In this document: in pieces, positions 20,240 through 29,101 of the stretch
Numbering within the stretch: the stretch's first letter is position 1
Layout of the letters: every line of letters begins with the position of its first letter
Assembly (NCBI GenBank): GCA_944380355.1
Contig: CALWHJ010000007.1
Span: 8,497 to 72,496, forward strand
Length of the DNA: 64,000 bases
Direction of reading: 5' to 3'
From: an uncultured Christensenellaceae bacterium
GTDB lineage: Bacteria > Bacillota > Clostridia > Christensenellales > UBA3700
Made by a program: the position numbers and the translations under genes
Notes under the pieces: model-generated
Database searches by the model: none
Told to the model about the DNA's origin: nothing
What the model saw: the letters and a program-made list of their open reading frames with translations, nothing else

Positions 20240-20365
20240 TAATTCTTTGAGGGCAGGTGAAATTCCTCACCGGCGGTAAAGTCCGCAAACGCCGCAAATT
20301 TTTTATACGGCGCCGAACAAGTGTAATTCTTGTACCGACAGTATAGTCTGGATAGGAAAAGGATA
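20240..20365 (+). promoter_or_regulatory. FMN riboswitch (RFN element)
   Basis: Conserved RFN blocks are present: AGGGCAGGTGAAATTCC, ACCGGCGGTAAAGTCCGC and CCGACAGTATAGTCTGGATAGGAAAAGG. It lies immediately upstream of a RibU-type gene. The 3' strand of P1 overlaps the AAAAGGA RBS. Confidence 0.85.
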
Positions 20366-20370
20366 CTTTT

Positions 20371-21108
20371 ATGAACAATTCAATTTCTAGAAGCAAGTGG
20401 CTTGCTACCACGGCTATTCTTGCCGCTATGGCAAGTGTTCTGTATTTTTGGGAACTACCCGTACCCCTTATGCCGAGCTTTATACAGTTTGACTTTTCGC
20501 TGTTGCCTTGCCTTATAGGCAGCGTAGCGTTAGGTCCTCTGAGCGGAATTACGATTGCGCTGTTTAAAGACTTGATTCATCTTATATTCAAGGGTTTCGG
20601 CGCAACGGGCGGTATTGGAGATTTGGCAGACTTTTTCGTCTGCGCATCGATAATTCTTCCCTCTTCTCTCATCTACAAGAAAATGCCTAATATAAAAGGT
20701 CTTATCTTGGGGCTTTCGGTAGGCAGTCTAGTCAGCGGATTTTTCGCAGGACTTATTCTCAATGCGATTATCGTATATCCGCTCTACGACAAATTCCTCT
20801 TGCCTATGACGGCAATTATCGGTATGTATCAACAAATCAGACCTTCGTCAAACGGTCTTTGGGAAGTGCTTGCTATATTCAATATGCCATATACATTCCT
20901 AAAGTGCGCAATAATAAGCGTAATGGCGGTATTGATAGCAAAGCCTTTGCAAGGCGTGCTGTTAAAATATTCAAAACCCAAACAAGCACCCGACCAATCG
21001 TCTCTCGAAAAACAAGACGATGAGCCGTCAGACGATAACAACGGCGAGAATACCGCCGTCAAAAAACCCGCAAACATCGAAAACGACGAAAACGTAAAGA
21101 CAGTTTAG
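20371..21108 (+). CDS. ribU: ECF-transporter S component for riboflavin (RibU family) with a low-complexity acidic C-terminal tail
   Basis: 245 aa with about 5-6 TM helices. It sits directly behind the FMN riboswitch. The N-terminal pattern KWLATTAILAAMASVLYF resembles RibU. Confidence 0.8.
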   Translation: MNNSISRSKWLATTAILAAMASVLYFWELPVPLMPSFIQFDFSLLPCLIGSVALGPLSGITIALFKDLIHLIFKGFGATGGIGDLADFFVCASIILPSSLIYKKMPNIKGLILGLSVGSLVSGFFAGLILNAIIVYPLYDKFLLPMTAIIGMYQQIRPSSNGLWEVLAIFNMPYTFLKCAIISVMAVLIAKPLQGVLLKYSKPKQAPDQSSLEKQDDEPSDDNNGENTAVKKPANIENDENVKTV

Positions 21109-21166
21109 ATTTTTGTTTTAGCCTTATCAAATAAACGGCGTAAAAAATTATAATCAAACGAATACA

Positions 21167-21215
21167 GGCAAGGAAGTTTTTTTGAGAATTATTTGTACTT
21201 CCTTGCCTTATTTTA
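21167..21215 (+). terminator. Rho-independent terminator of ribU
   Basis: 11-bp stem GGCAAGGAAGT ... ACTTCCTTGCC followed by TTATTTTA. Confidence 0.7.
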
Positions 21216-21361
21216 TATGATTTAATATTTCTTGAATTATTATCCACTCTCTTTACTTGTCAACAATAAAACTATACCGCGAATTTCTTATCAGCGCAAT
21301 TTTCTGATTTCTTCAAAAGTCGCAAATCTTTTCCTCGATTTTTATTTATTTTCGATACGGA

Positions 21362-21715
21362 TTACCATCTTCGGTTTTTTACACTCTCGAAAAGCTCGTC
21401 AAAGCATTCTTTTGTAATATCGTCCTTAGACAATGCGTATATCACGTCCGTATCGAAAGATACGGCTACGTCGTCAAAATCGTAAAGCGCATATACGCTT
21501 TTTGCAATCTCGCGCGACAATTCTTCTCTTTCGCTTCGCGAAAACAAGGGATAAGGTATTACTCCGACGATAACGCGCGTGCCCGACACCGCTATATTGC
21601 AAAATTCTATTTTTGAGTTTTGCATAAGAGCGGACAACACTTGTTTCTCCACGTCTTTATCGCTCTGTATATCGTACATCGCGGGCTTGTAATCGGTATT
21701 TACAATATACTCCAT
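21362..21715 (-). CDS. Hypothetical small protein, possibly YhcN/YlaJ-like sporulation protein
   Basis: 117 aa with a strong GGAGGTGGAT RBS. The motif NIAVSGTRVIVGVIP loosely resembles the YhcN/YlaJ family. No signal peptide is seen. Confidence 0.6.
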   Translation of the reverse strand: MEYIVNTDYKPAMYDIQSDKDVEKQVLSALMQNSKIEFCNIAVSGTRVIVGVIPYPLFSRSEREELSREIAKSVYALYDFDDVAVSFDTDVIYALSKDDITKECFDELFESVKNRRW

Positions 21716-21810
21716 AATCCACCTCCAAATAATATTGTGTCGAATTTTGAAGAATTTATACGATTAAGCGTTTTCATAATTTTCCCTCTATAGTTCCGAT
21801 TTCCTTTGAA

Positions 21811-21838
21811 AACAAAAAAAGACCGCCTTAGCGGTCCT
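21811..21838 (-). terminator. Rho-independent terminator after rsfS
   Basis: Minus strand reads GACCGC-uaag-GCGGUC followed by UUUUUUUG. Confidence 0.8.
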
Positions 21839-21905
21839 TGTTTTATAAAATTATTACGCGACGTATTTAATATACCGCGTGCGTGTCGGAATATTTCTAA
21901 TAATA

Positions 21906-22274
21906 TTATTCTTTATTGCCGTTTACGATGCTCTCTTCCGTGCCGTAGTGCGTTACGTTGGTACCGTCAGACCAGAGTTGTTCGAGCGAATAGAGTTTTC
22001 TCGTCTCTTCGTAGAATATGTGTACGATTACGTCGCCGTAGTCGAGTACCGCCCATCTACCTTCCTGCTTGCCCTCTACTCTCAAAGGCTCGTATCCCTC
22101 TTTGGACATTCCCTCGTCAACTATATCGACAAGCGCTTTGACCTGCGTATTCGAACGCGCCGAACATATCACGAATTTATCGGCAATAATCGTCAACCCC
22201 TCTATATTTACTATCGTGATGTCCTTTGCCTTTTTCTCATCGAGCAGTTTGCAAATAAGTTGATATTTTTCCAT
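21906..22274 (-). CDS. rsfS: Ribosome silencing factor RsfS
   Basis: 122 aa. ...DITIVNIEGLTIIADKFVICSARSNTQVKAL...WAVLDYGDVIVHIF... is a canonical RsfS pattern. Confidence 0.9.
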   Translation of the reverse strand: MEKYQLICKLLDEKKAKDITIVNIEGLTIIADKFVICSARSNTQVKALVDIVDEGMSKEGYEPLRVEGKQEGRWAVLDYGDVIVHIFYEETRKLYSLEQLWSDGTNVTHYGTEESIVNGNKE

Positions 22275-22406
22275 ACTTCTCCTTAATACAATGATATCGT
22301 TATTATATTTATTATTATATATCGCGCGTAACGGTCAGAAACCCTCTTAAATCGTGCGATACGGCAAATCCTTATAAGTTTTATCGTCAAAGCTATATTT
22401 TTGATT

Positions 22407-23516
22407 TTATAAGCCTTTTGCGCCCCTTACGGCATCGAGCGTCAAATGATATATATCTCCGCCTTTATTATAAAGGTATTCGTATTGATGCAGCACGCAA
22501 TCTCTGTATCCTTCATCAAGCGATTTTTCAATGCTCTTTCTAAGTTTTTCCACGCCCTCGAATTCTCTGTTTTCCTCTAACATATCACTGCAGAATATGA
22601 GCTTTTCGATGTCGCTCATAACTTCATTGCCCGTAGTGTGATACTTTATTGCGTCAAGCACTTCTTCGTCGTTTATGCCGTAATCGCGCTTTGCGACAAC
22701 CGCTCCCAAAAACTGATGCTCGACGGGAGAGCCTACGCTGTCTGACGGCACTAAAGAAATATCGTGCGGCTCCGCGCAGAGATTTTTCGCGCAGTCGTGC
22801 AAAACTCCAGCCAGTAATACTTTATCGAAGCTTATGCCGAGTTTGAGTTTGTAATTGAGATAAAGCGCGTATTTTGCCGTCCTGAGACTATGCGCAAAAG
22901 TACGGGGCAAAAGCGTAGCTTTGAGTTTTTCTATAATATCGCCGTAAGCGTCGTAAAGTCCGTTTGCTTTGATATATTCCGCGACTTTTTGAGGAATATT
23001 CTCGTATATGCCCAGCATTGCGTTGTAACGAATAAGCGTAGAAGATATATCCTCAGGCTCGTATTTGCACACTTTAATGTCCGCACCTTTTTCTCTCCAG
23101 TATTTAAGCGCGCTTTTAAAGGCTTTGCTTTTTCCTCTCGTAAATACGTATAACGGACAAACCTTTATTATATCCTCGGGATTTTTCCACGTATGCAGCG
23201 CTTCCAGACTGTCGCCGCCTATGACAAAGGCAATATCGCCGTAAATCCTTTTTAGATAAGGCAGAGTTTCGCAAGTGTAGTGTTTGCCCTCGCCGCCGCT
23301 CTCATAGTCGCATATCTCCACGCCTTGTTTACCCTCCAGCGCAAGATTAAGCATATCTTTTCGCTGAGAATACGAGGTAGGACAACTTTTGTGCGGAGGA
23401 TTGTACGAAGGCACTAAGACGACCTTTTCGACGCCTTTGACACCCAGTAAATGCTTTATCATATTGACGTGTTCGTTGTGTACGGGATTGAATGCCCCGC
23501 CGTAAATCATTATCAT
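22407..23516 (-). CDS. nadD: Fusion protein: nicotinate-nucleotide adenylyltransferase (NadD) + HD-domain YqeK phosphohydrolase
   Basis: The N-terminal half has GGAFNPVHNEH and ISSTLIR motifs (NadD). The C-terminal half has H...HD (HSLRTA...GVLHDCAK) and the YqeK pattern KYHTTG...IFCSDMLE. I chose the start at ATG 23514-23516. The ORF track extends to 23585. Confidence 0.85.
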   Translation of the reverse strand: MIMIYGGAFNPVHNEHVNMIKHLLGVKGVEKVVLVPSYNPPHKSCPTSYSQRKDMLNLALEGKQGVEICDYESGGEGKHYTCETLPYLKRIYGDIAFVIGGDSLEALHTWKNPEDIIKVCPLYVFTRGKSKAFKSALKYWREKGADIKVCKYEPEDISSTLIRYNAMLGIYENIPQKVAEYIKANGLYDAYGDIIEKLKATLLPRTFAHSLRTAKYALYLNYKLKLGISFDKVLLAGVLHDCAKNLCAEPHDISLVPSDSVGSPVEHQFLGAVVAKRDYGINDEEVLDAIKYHTTGNEVMSDIEKLIFCSDMLEENREFEGVEKLRKSIEKSLDEGYRDCVLHQYEYLYNKGGDIYHLTLDAVRGAKGL

Positions 23517-23603
23517 ATACGCCTCGATATTATTGTACACAAATTGAGCGTAATTAGCAACAATATATTGAATAATTTGCCTCAATAAGGGAATAATCGC
23601 AGT

Positions 23604-24341
23604 ATGGCTTTCGGTGTAGATATAATTTTACTGACGGCAATAGTATTCTTAATCGCCTACATACTTTTTTCTTTTCTTTCAATGCCGTTCGCATTGCAAC
23701 TCGTTTGCGCCGCTCTTGCTACAATCGTAATAGTCGCCACCGTAAACAAATTCTTTTGCAAAGACAGAAAACGCGGTATGAATTACCGCAATTTTCTCAC
23801 GTATTTGATATGGCAAGGAGAAGATTATACCAAAGAATTACTCAAAAGCGTTGCAAAAGACAAAGTCTTCGAGGACAAAGGAGAATACGTGATGATACAG
23901 GATACGGCGGTTTTTTTGTGGACGAAATACGGCAGACTTTCCGCCGACTCGCTCGTAAGACTGTACAGAATTTGCGTAAAAGACGGAATACGTCAAGCAA
24001 AAATTCTCACCACCAATCCCGACAAGAAGTCATTGTCATTCGTAAAGCGTTTTGCAGAAGTAGTGATTACTTTCGACTCGTTCAAGCCTCTGTATAAACA
24101 ACTGAAATCTCAAAACACTCTTCCCGACTTAAAAACAGACAAAATTGACAAAAGACAGTTTTTTAAGCTGATATTAGAAAGTGCGTTTACGAGAAAAAAC
24201 GGTTTCCGTTTTGTGGGCGTAAGCGTGCTTTTGGTCGCGATAAGTTTTGTCACGCCCTTTGCGAATTATTATCTTACACTTGCCGCGATAAATCTGATAT
24301 TCGCGCTCGCGTGCGTTATAAAAAGCCTTTCGGGGAAATAA
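23604..24341 (+). CDS. Hypothetical membrane protein (2 N-terminal + 2 C-terminal TM helices around a ~130-aa soluble domain)
   Basis: 245-aa ORF, divergent from nadD, with an AAGGGA RBS and its own downstream terminator. I recognise no family. Confidence 0.55.
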   Translation: MAFGVDIILLTAIVFLIAYILFSFLSMPFALQLVCAALATIVIVATVNKFFCKDRKRGMNYRNFLTYLIWQGEDYTKELLKSVAKDKVFEDKGEYVMIQDTAVFLWTKYGRLSADSLVRLYRICVKDGIRQAKILTTNPDKKSLSFVKRFAEVVITFDSFKPLYKQLKSQNTLPDLKTDKIDKRQFFKLILESAFTRKNGFRFVGVSVLLVAISFVTPFANYYLTLAAINLIFALACVIKSLSGK

Positions 24342-24371
24342 TCAATAAACCGTAAACCCGACTAATGACAA

Positions 24372-24408
24372 CCGCCCCTTATCCGTTTGGACAAGGGGCG
24401 GTATTTTA
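24372..24408 (+). terminator. Rho-independent terminator of the 23604-24341 gene
   Basis: CCGCCCCTT ... AAGGGGCGG stem followed by TATTTTA. A second hairpin, GCCGCGGCT-caatat-AGCCGCGG-TTTTTT, follows at about 24416-24446. Confidence 0.65.
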
Positions 24409-24448
24409 AACGCAAAGCCGCGGCTCAATATAGCCGCGGTTTTTTCGA

Positions 24449-24739
24449 TTACAAAACGTGTTTGACGTTGTCTTTTTTGGATACTCTGTAAAGCGTAATC
24501 TTACTTCCTATCACTTGTACGACTTCGCTAGACGTAGCTTCGGCAAGCTCGAGCGCAACCGCACCCGCGTCTACTTCCGCGTTTTTTAGTACGGCAATCT
24601 TGATAAGCTCTCTGCTCTCGAGTTGCTCGTCAACCTGTTTTATAAGCGTATCGCTTATACCGTTTTTACCTACCTGAGTCAAAGGCTGAATATTCATAGC
24701 CAAAGACCTGAGTTTTGCTCTTGTATTACTGTTCATCAT
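24449..24739 (-). CDS. yhbY: Ribosome assembly RNA-binding protein YhbY (CRM domain)
   Basis: 96 aa. AKLRSLAMNIQPLTQVGKNGISD...ESRELIKI pattern. It lies directly downstream of obg. Confidence 0.85.
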   Translation of the reverse strand: MMNSNTRAKLRSLAMNIQPLTQVGKNGISDTLIKQVDEQLESRELIKIAVLKNAEVDAGAVALELAEATSSEVVQVIGSKITLYRVSKKDNVKHVL

Positions 24740-24750
24740 ACATCACCTCA

Positions 24751-26010
24751 CTATTCTACAAAGTCGAACTCTATATCGCCTATGCGTACCGTATCGCCCT
24801 CCTGACAGCCGTTGTTGACGAGTGCTTTTATTACACCTCTGTCCTTGAGCGTCTTTTGGAAATAACGGAAAGATTCGTAATCGTCGAGCACTACGTTTCT
24901 TACCAGCATATTGATAAGTCCGCCGTGCACTTCGTAAACCCCGTCCTCGTCTACGGTAACGATAAAGGACGTGCTGTCATTACGGTTTTCGTTGAATTCG
25001 ACGACTTCCATAGGCTCTGCCTCAGGCAACTCGTCGAGCTTTTTGCTGATAGCCGCAAGCAATTCTTTCGTACCCGTATTGGATACTGCCGACAGTCTTA
25101 TGACTTTTTGTCCGACTTTTTCTTCAAATTCTTTTATCTTGCCCTCGTCTTCGAGCAAGTCGCATTTGTTGGCTACGATTATCTGCTCGAGGGAGGCTAG
25201 TTTTGCCGAGTAACTCTCGAGTTCGTTGTTGATAGTGACATAATCTTCGTAAGGGTCTCTGCCCTCGATACCCGAAATATCAACGACGTGCACGATAAGT
25301 CGCACTCTTTCGATATGTCTTAAGAAGTTATGTCCTAATCCCGCGCCCTCGCCCGCACCCTCTATAAGTCCGGGGATATCCGCTACCACAAAGTCCTTGT
25401 CATAATACTTGACTACGCCGAGATTGGGTGTCAAGGTGGTAAAATGGTAATTGGCTATCTTGGGCTTTGCCGACGATACAACGGAAAGAATTGTCGATTT
25501 TCCTACGTTGGGGAAACCTACCAAACCTACGTCCGCTATAGTCTTGAGTTCGAGAGTGAGTTCTATCTCCTGCGTTCTCTCGCCCTTCTGACTGAATCGG
25601 GGCGCTTTACGCTGAGGGGTCGCAAAACGCGCGTTACCCTTACCGCCTAATCCGCCTTTTTGCAATACGAATTGACTGTCGTCGTAAAACATATCGGCAA
25701 GCACGTTACCCGTCTTCTTTTCCTTGATTATAGTACCCTTAGGTACTTTGATATAGAGAGGTTTTCCGCTCTTGCCTTTGCAGTTTTTCGCACCGCCGCT
25801 TTCTCCGTCCTCGGCGCGGAAATGCTTGGCAAATTTGAAGTCGATAAGAGTGGACGCATTCTTGTCCACTACAAAAATTATATCGCCTCCGTTACCGCCG
25901 TCACCGCCGTCGGGACCGCCCTGCGCAACATACTTCTCGGTATGAAAAGATACTATACCGTCACCGCCGTTGCCCGCCTTTACGAAAATGGTAGCTATAT
26001 CCAAAAACAT
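24751..26010 (-). CDS. obg: GTPase Obg/CgtA
   Basis: 419 aa. MFLDIATIFVKAGNGGDG glycine-rich Obg fold, G-domain motifs GFPNVGKST and DIPGLIEGA, and a C-terminal OCT domain. Confidence 0.95.
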   Translation of the reverse strand: MFLDIATIFVKAGNGGDGIVSFHTEKYVAQGGPDGGDGGNGGDIIFVVDKNASTLIDFKFAKHFRAEDGESGGAKNCKGKSGKPLYIKVPKGTIIKEKKTGNVLADMFYDDSQFVLQKGGLGGKGNARFATPQRKAPRFSQKGERTQEIELTLELKTIADVGLVGFPNVGKSTILSVVSSAKPKIANYHFTTLTPNLGVVKYYDKDFVVADIPGLIEGAGEGAGLGHNFLRHIERVRLIVHVVDISGIEGRDPYEDYVTINNELESYSAKLASLEQIIVANKCDLLEDEGKIKEFEEKVGQKVIRLSAVSNTGTKELLAAISKKLDELPEAEPMEVVEFNENRNDSTSFIVTVDEDGVYEVHGGLINMLVRNVVLDDYESFRYFQKTLKDRGVIKALVNNGCQEGDTVRIGDIEFDFVE

Positions 26011-26180
26011 AGTTATCTTGCCTCTCTTGTAAATCTTTTAAATCTTAATCTGCTTCAAACCGATTACGCCGTATCCGTTAAGTGCGTACGCACACGTATG
26101 CATACGCACTCCCTATACGTATTAACTTACCGCGCGAACGTTATACGCTCACGCGCAAGCGGTTTATATTTATCCGAATA

Positions 26181-27557
26181 TTAAAGCAGCTTGTCGATTA
26201 TCGCCTTTGCCGCCTTTCTGCCCGCGCCCATAGCGAGTATTACGGTTGCCGCACCGGTAACGGCGTCACCGCCCGCATAGATACCCTCGACGTTGGTAGA
26301 CATACTTTCTTCGTCTACGACTATCGTGCCCTTCTTGTTGAATTCAAGCTCCTTGCACGACTTTCTGATAAGAGGATTGGGGCTTGTGCCGAGCGCAACT
26401 ACTACTTGGTCTACGTCGATAACGAATTCGCTGCCCTCTATGGGTATAGGTCTTCTTCTGCCCGACGCGTCGGGTTCGCCGAGTTCCATCTTGACGCACT
26501 TGATACCGCACACTCTGCCTTCGTTGCCGAGAATTTCCACGGGATTGGTGAGAAGTACGAGTTTGATACCCTCTTCGACTGCGTGGTCGATTTCTTCAGC
26601 TCTCGCAGGCATCTCCTCTCTTCCTCTTCTGTAAATTATGTACACCTCTCCGCCGCCTATTCTCTTAGCCGTACGCGCCGCATCCATTGCTACGTTGCCC
26701 GCACCGATAACGGCTACGGATTTTCCGCAATAAACGGGAGTAATCGCCTCGTCCTTGTATGCCTGCATTAAGTTTACTCTCGTGAGAAGTTCGTTTGCCG
26801 ACGATACGCCGTTGAGGTTTTCGCCCTTGATGTTCATAAACATAGGAAGTCCCGCGCCCGTACCGATAAATATAGCGTCGTACTCTTCTCTGAGTTCGTC
26901 AAACGTAACGGCTTTACCGACTACGGTATTGAGCTTAAATTCCACTCCCAAAGCCTTGAGTTTGTCTATTTCTCTTGCTACTACGTCGTCTTTTGGAAGT
27001 CTGAATTCGGGGATACCGTATACGAGTACGCCGCCTGCTTTGTGGAAAGCCTCGAATATCGTAACCTTAAATCCCTTTTGAGCGCAGTCCGCAGCGCAAG
27101 CGAGTCCCGCGGGACCGCTGCCGATAACGGCTACTTTTTTGCCGTTGAAAGCGGGTGCTTTAAGTCCTGCCGTACCTTTCTTAAGACCGTAGTCGCCCAC
27201 GTATCTCTCGAGCGCGCCGATTGCTACGCTGCCGCCGAGCTTGGCTTTGCGGATACATTTGCCCTCGCACTGATTTTCCTGAGGACATACTCTTCCGCAA
27301 ATCGCGGGAAGCAATGAAGCTTCGCTGATAACCGCCAAAGCGCCGTCTTTATCGTTCTGAGTAAGGCATTTGATAAACGCGGGAATATTGATTCCTACGG
27401 GGCAACCCGTACGGCAAGGCGCGTTTTTGCAGTTGATGCATCTCGTCGCTTCTTGCATCATAAGTTCGTCGTCAAAGCCTAAGTTTACTTCGTTAAAATT
27501 GTGTATTCTCTCCTCTGCGGATTGATGCAGAGTTTTATTTCTCGGACCGTTGTTCAT
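26181..27557 (-). CDS. NfnB / GltD-like NADPH-dependent FAD oxidoreductase (glutamate synthase small-subunit family)
   Basis: 458 aa with N-terminal Cys clusters (CINCKNAPC..., CPQENQCEGKC) and two Rossmann motifs (VAVIGSGPAGLA, VAVIGAGNVAMD). It is paired with an NfnA/SudB-like gene. Confidence 0.85.
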   Translation of the reverse strand: MNNGPRNKTLHQSAEERIHNFNEVNLGFDDELMMQEATRCINCKNAPCRTGCPVGINIPAFIKCLTQNDKDGALAVISEASLLPAICGRVCPQENQCEGKCIRKAKLGGSVAIGALERYVGDYGLKKGTAGLKAPAFNGKKVAVIGSGPAGLACAADCAQKGFKVTIFEAFHKAGGVLVYGIPEFRLPKDDVVAREIDKLKALGVEFKLNTVVGKAVTFDELREEYDAIFIGTGAGLPMFMNIKGENLNGVSSANELLTRVNLMQAYKDEAITPVYCGKSVAVIGAGNVAMDAARTAKRIGGGEVYIIYRRGREEMPARAEEIDHAVEEGIKLVLLTNPVEILGNEGRVCGIKCVKMELGEPDASGRRRPIPIEGSEFVIDVDQVVVALGTSPNPLIRKSCKELEFNKKGTIVVDEESMSTNVEGIYAGGDAVTGAATVILAMGAGRKAAKAIIDKLL

Positions 27558-27558
27558 A

Positions 27559-28374
27559 TTAACCTCTCAATCTGCATTTCTCTTCCTTTTCGCGGTAGAA
27601 TCTCGACCTGTTCATAGCCTCTTCGAAATCTACCTTGTGTCCGTCAAATTCGGGACCGTCTACGCAAGCGTACTTGGTTTCTCCGCCTACCGTAAGTCTG
27701 CAACCGCCGCACATACCCGTACCGTCAACCATAATGGTATTCATAGATACGACCGTAGGGATATTGTATTTTCTGGTAAGCTCGGCTACGTTGCGCATCA
27801 TTATCATAGGACCTACTACAAGTACGCAGTCGATTTTGTCGCCCGCGTCGATTCTCTCCTGAAGTACGGTGGTTACAAAACCTTTGGTACCCAAAGAGCC
27901 GTCGTCGGTAGAGATATATACGTTTTCGCAGTTAGCCTTGAATTCGTCGATGTCAAAAAGCAAATCCTTGGTTCTTGCCCCCATAATTACGTTGCTTTTC
28001 AAGCCCTTTTGCTTGCGAAGCTTTGCCTGAGGATAGATTACCGCACAGCCTATGCCGCCGCCTACGAGCACGAGGTTTTCGTACATATCGAGGTCGGTAG
28101 GATTACCCAAAGGACCTACGAGCGCATAAAGACTGTCGCCCTCTTTAAGCTCAGCCATTTTGTGAGTGGAATAACCTACTTCCTGTACGAGAAGGGTTAT
28201 GGTCTCTTTCTCTCTGTCGTAGTCGCAGATAGTGAAAGGCACTCTTTCGCCGCCCTCGTGGACAATTACTATTACAAACTGTCCGGGCAGACAATGTTTG
28301 GATACTACGGGAGTGTGTACTACGTACTTTTTAACTCTCGGAGCTACCTCATAAATTTTTAAAAGTTCGTTCAT
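27559..28374 (-). CDS. NfnA / SudB-like FAD/NAD-binding ferredoxin reductase subunit
   Basis: 271 aa with the C-terminal [2Fe-2S] motif GTGMCGGCR. Its stop is adjacent to the start of the 26181-27557 gene. Confidence 0.85.
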   Translation of the reverse strand: MNELLKIYEVAPRVKKYVVHTPVVSKHCLPGQFVIVIVHEGGERVPFTICDYDREKETITLLVQEVGYSTHKMAELKEGDSLYALVGPLGNPTDLDMYENLVLVGGGIGCAVIYPQAKLRKQKGLKSNVIMGARTKDLLFDIDEFKANCENVYISTDDGSLGTKGFVTTVLQERIDAGDKIDCVLVVGPMIMMRNVAELTRKYNIPTVVSMNTIMVDGTGMCGGCRLTVGGETKYACVDGPEFDGHKVDFEEAMNRSRFYREKEEKCRLRG

Positions 28375-28423
28375 AAAATGTTCTCCTGACTGTTCCCTTT
28401 TTAACTTTTCGTGTATATAAACT

Positions 28424-29068
28424 TTACGTTTTCTGATTGTAATAACGGCAATATTGACAAATCGTACAACTGCCGCAATCGGGCATGCGCGAATGGCAAG
28501 TATATCTGCCGTGATGTATGAGAAGATGATGCGCGTGCGACCACTTGTCCTTGGGTATGGCTTTGTTGAGTGCTTCTTCCACTTTGACGGGGTCGCGCGT
28601 ATCGCAAAAACCTATCCTCTGGGCAAGTCTCGAAACGTGAGTATCCACGGCAATGGCATCTCCGCCGAAAGCAACGGCATACACGACGTTGGCAGTCTTC
28701 TTGCCTACGCCCGCAAGAGTCATCAGTGACTTGACGTCAGACGGCACCTGCCCGCCGTATTTAAGGCATATATCACGGCTTGCCGATATGATATTGCGTG
28801 CTTTGTTGCGGTAAAATCCGCACGAAAATATAAGCGGTTCAAGCTCGCTCTCGTCCAGCGAAGCAAACTGCTCGGGAGTATTGTATATCTTAAAGAGTTT
28901 GTCTGTAACCTGATTTACTCTCCTATCCGTACACTGTGCCGAGAGTATTACCGCTACCAAAAGCTCGAAAGGCGTCGTGTAATTAAGCTCGCATACCGCA
29001 TCGGGATGCATAGCCTCTAGCTTTTCGAGCATATCGGCAATTTGACTTTCGGTAAATTTCTTGCTCAT
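28424..29068 (-). CDS. nth: Endonuclease III
   Basis: 214 aa. HhH-GPD motif (LAGVGKKTANVV) and C-terminal 4Fe-4S cluster loop CHSRMPDCGSCTICQYC. Confidence 0.9.
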   Translation of the reverse strand: MSKKFTESQIADMLEKLEAMHPDAVCELNYTTPFELLVAVILSAQCTDRRVNQVTDKLFKIYNTPEQFASLDESELEPLIFSCGFYRNKARNIISASRDICLKYGGQVPSDVKSLMTLAGVGKKTANVVYAVAFGGDAIAVDTHVSRLAQRIGFCDTRDPVKVEEALNKAIPKDKWSHAHHLLIHHGRYTCHSRMPDCGSCTICQYCRYYNQKT

Positions 29069-29101
29069 TGTATTATTTGCGTATTGCTTGTTTTTATCTG
29101 A

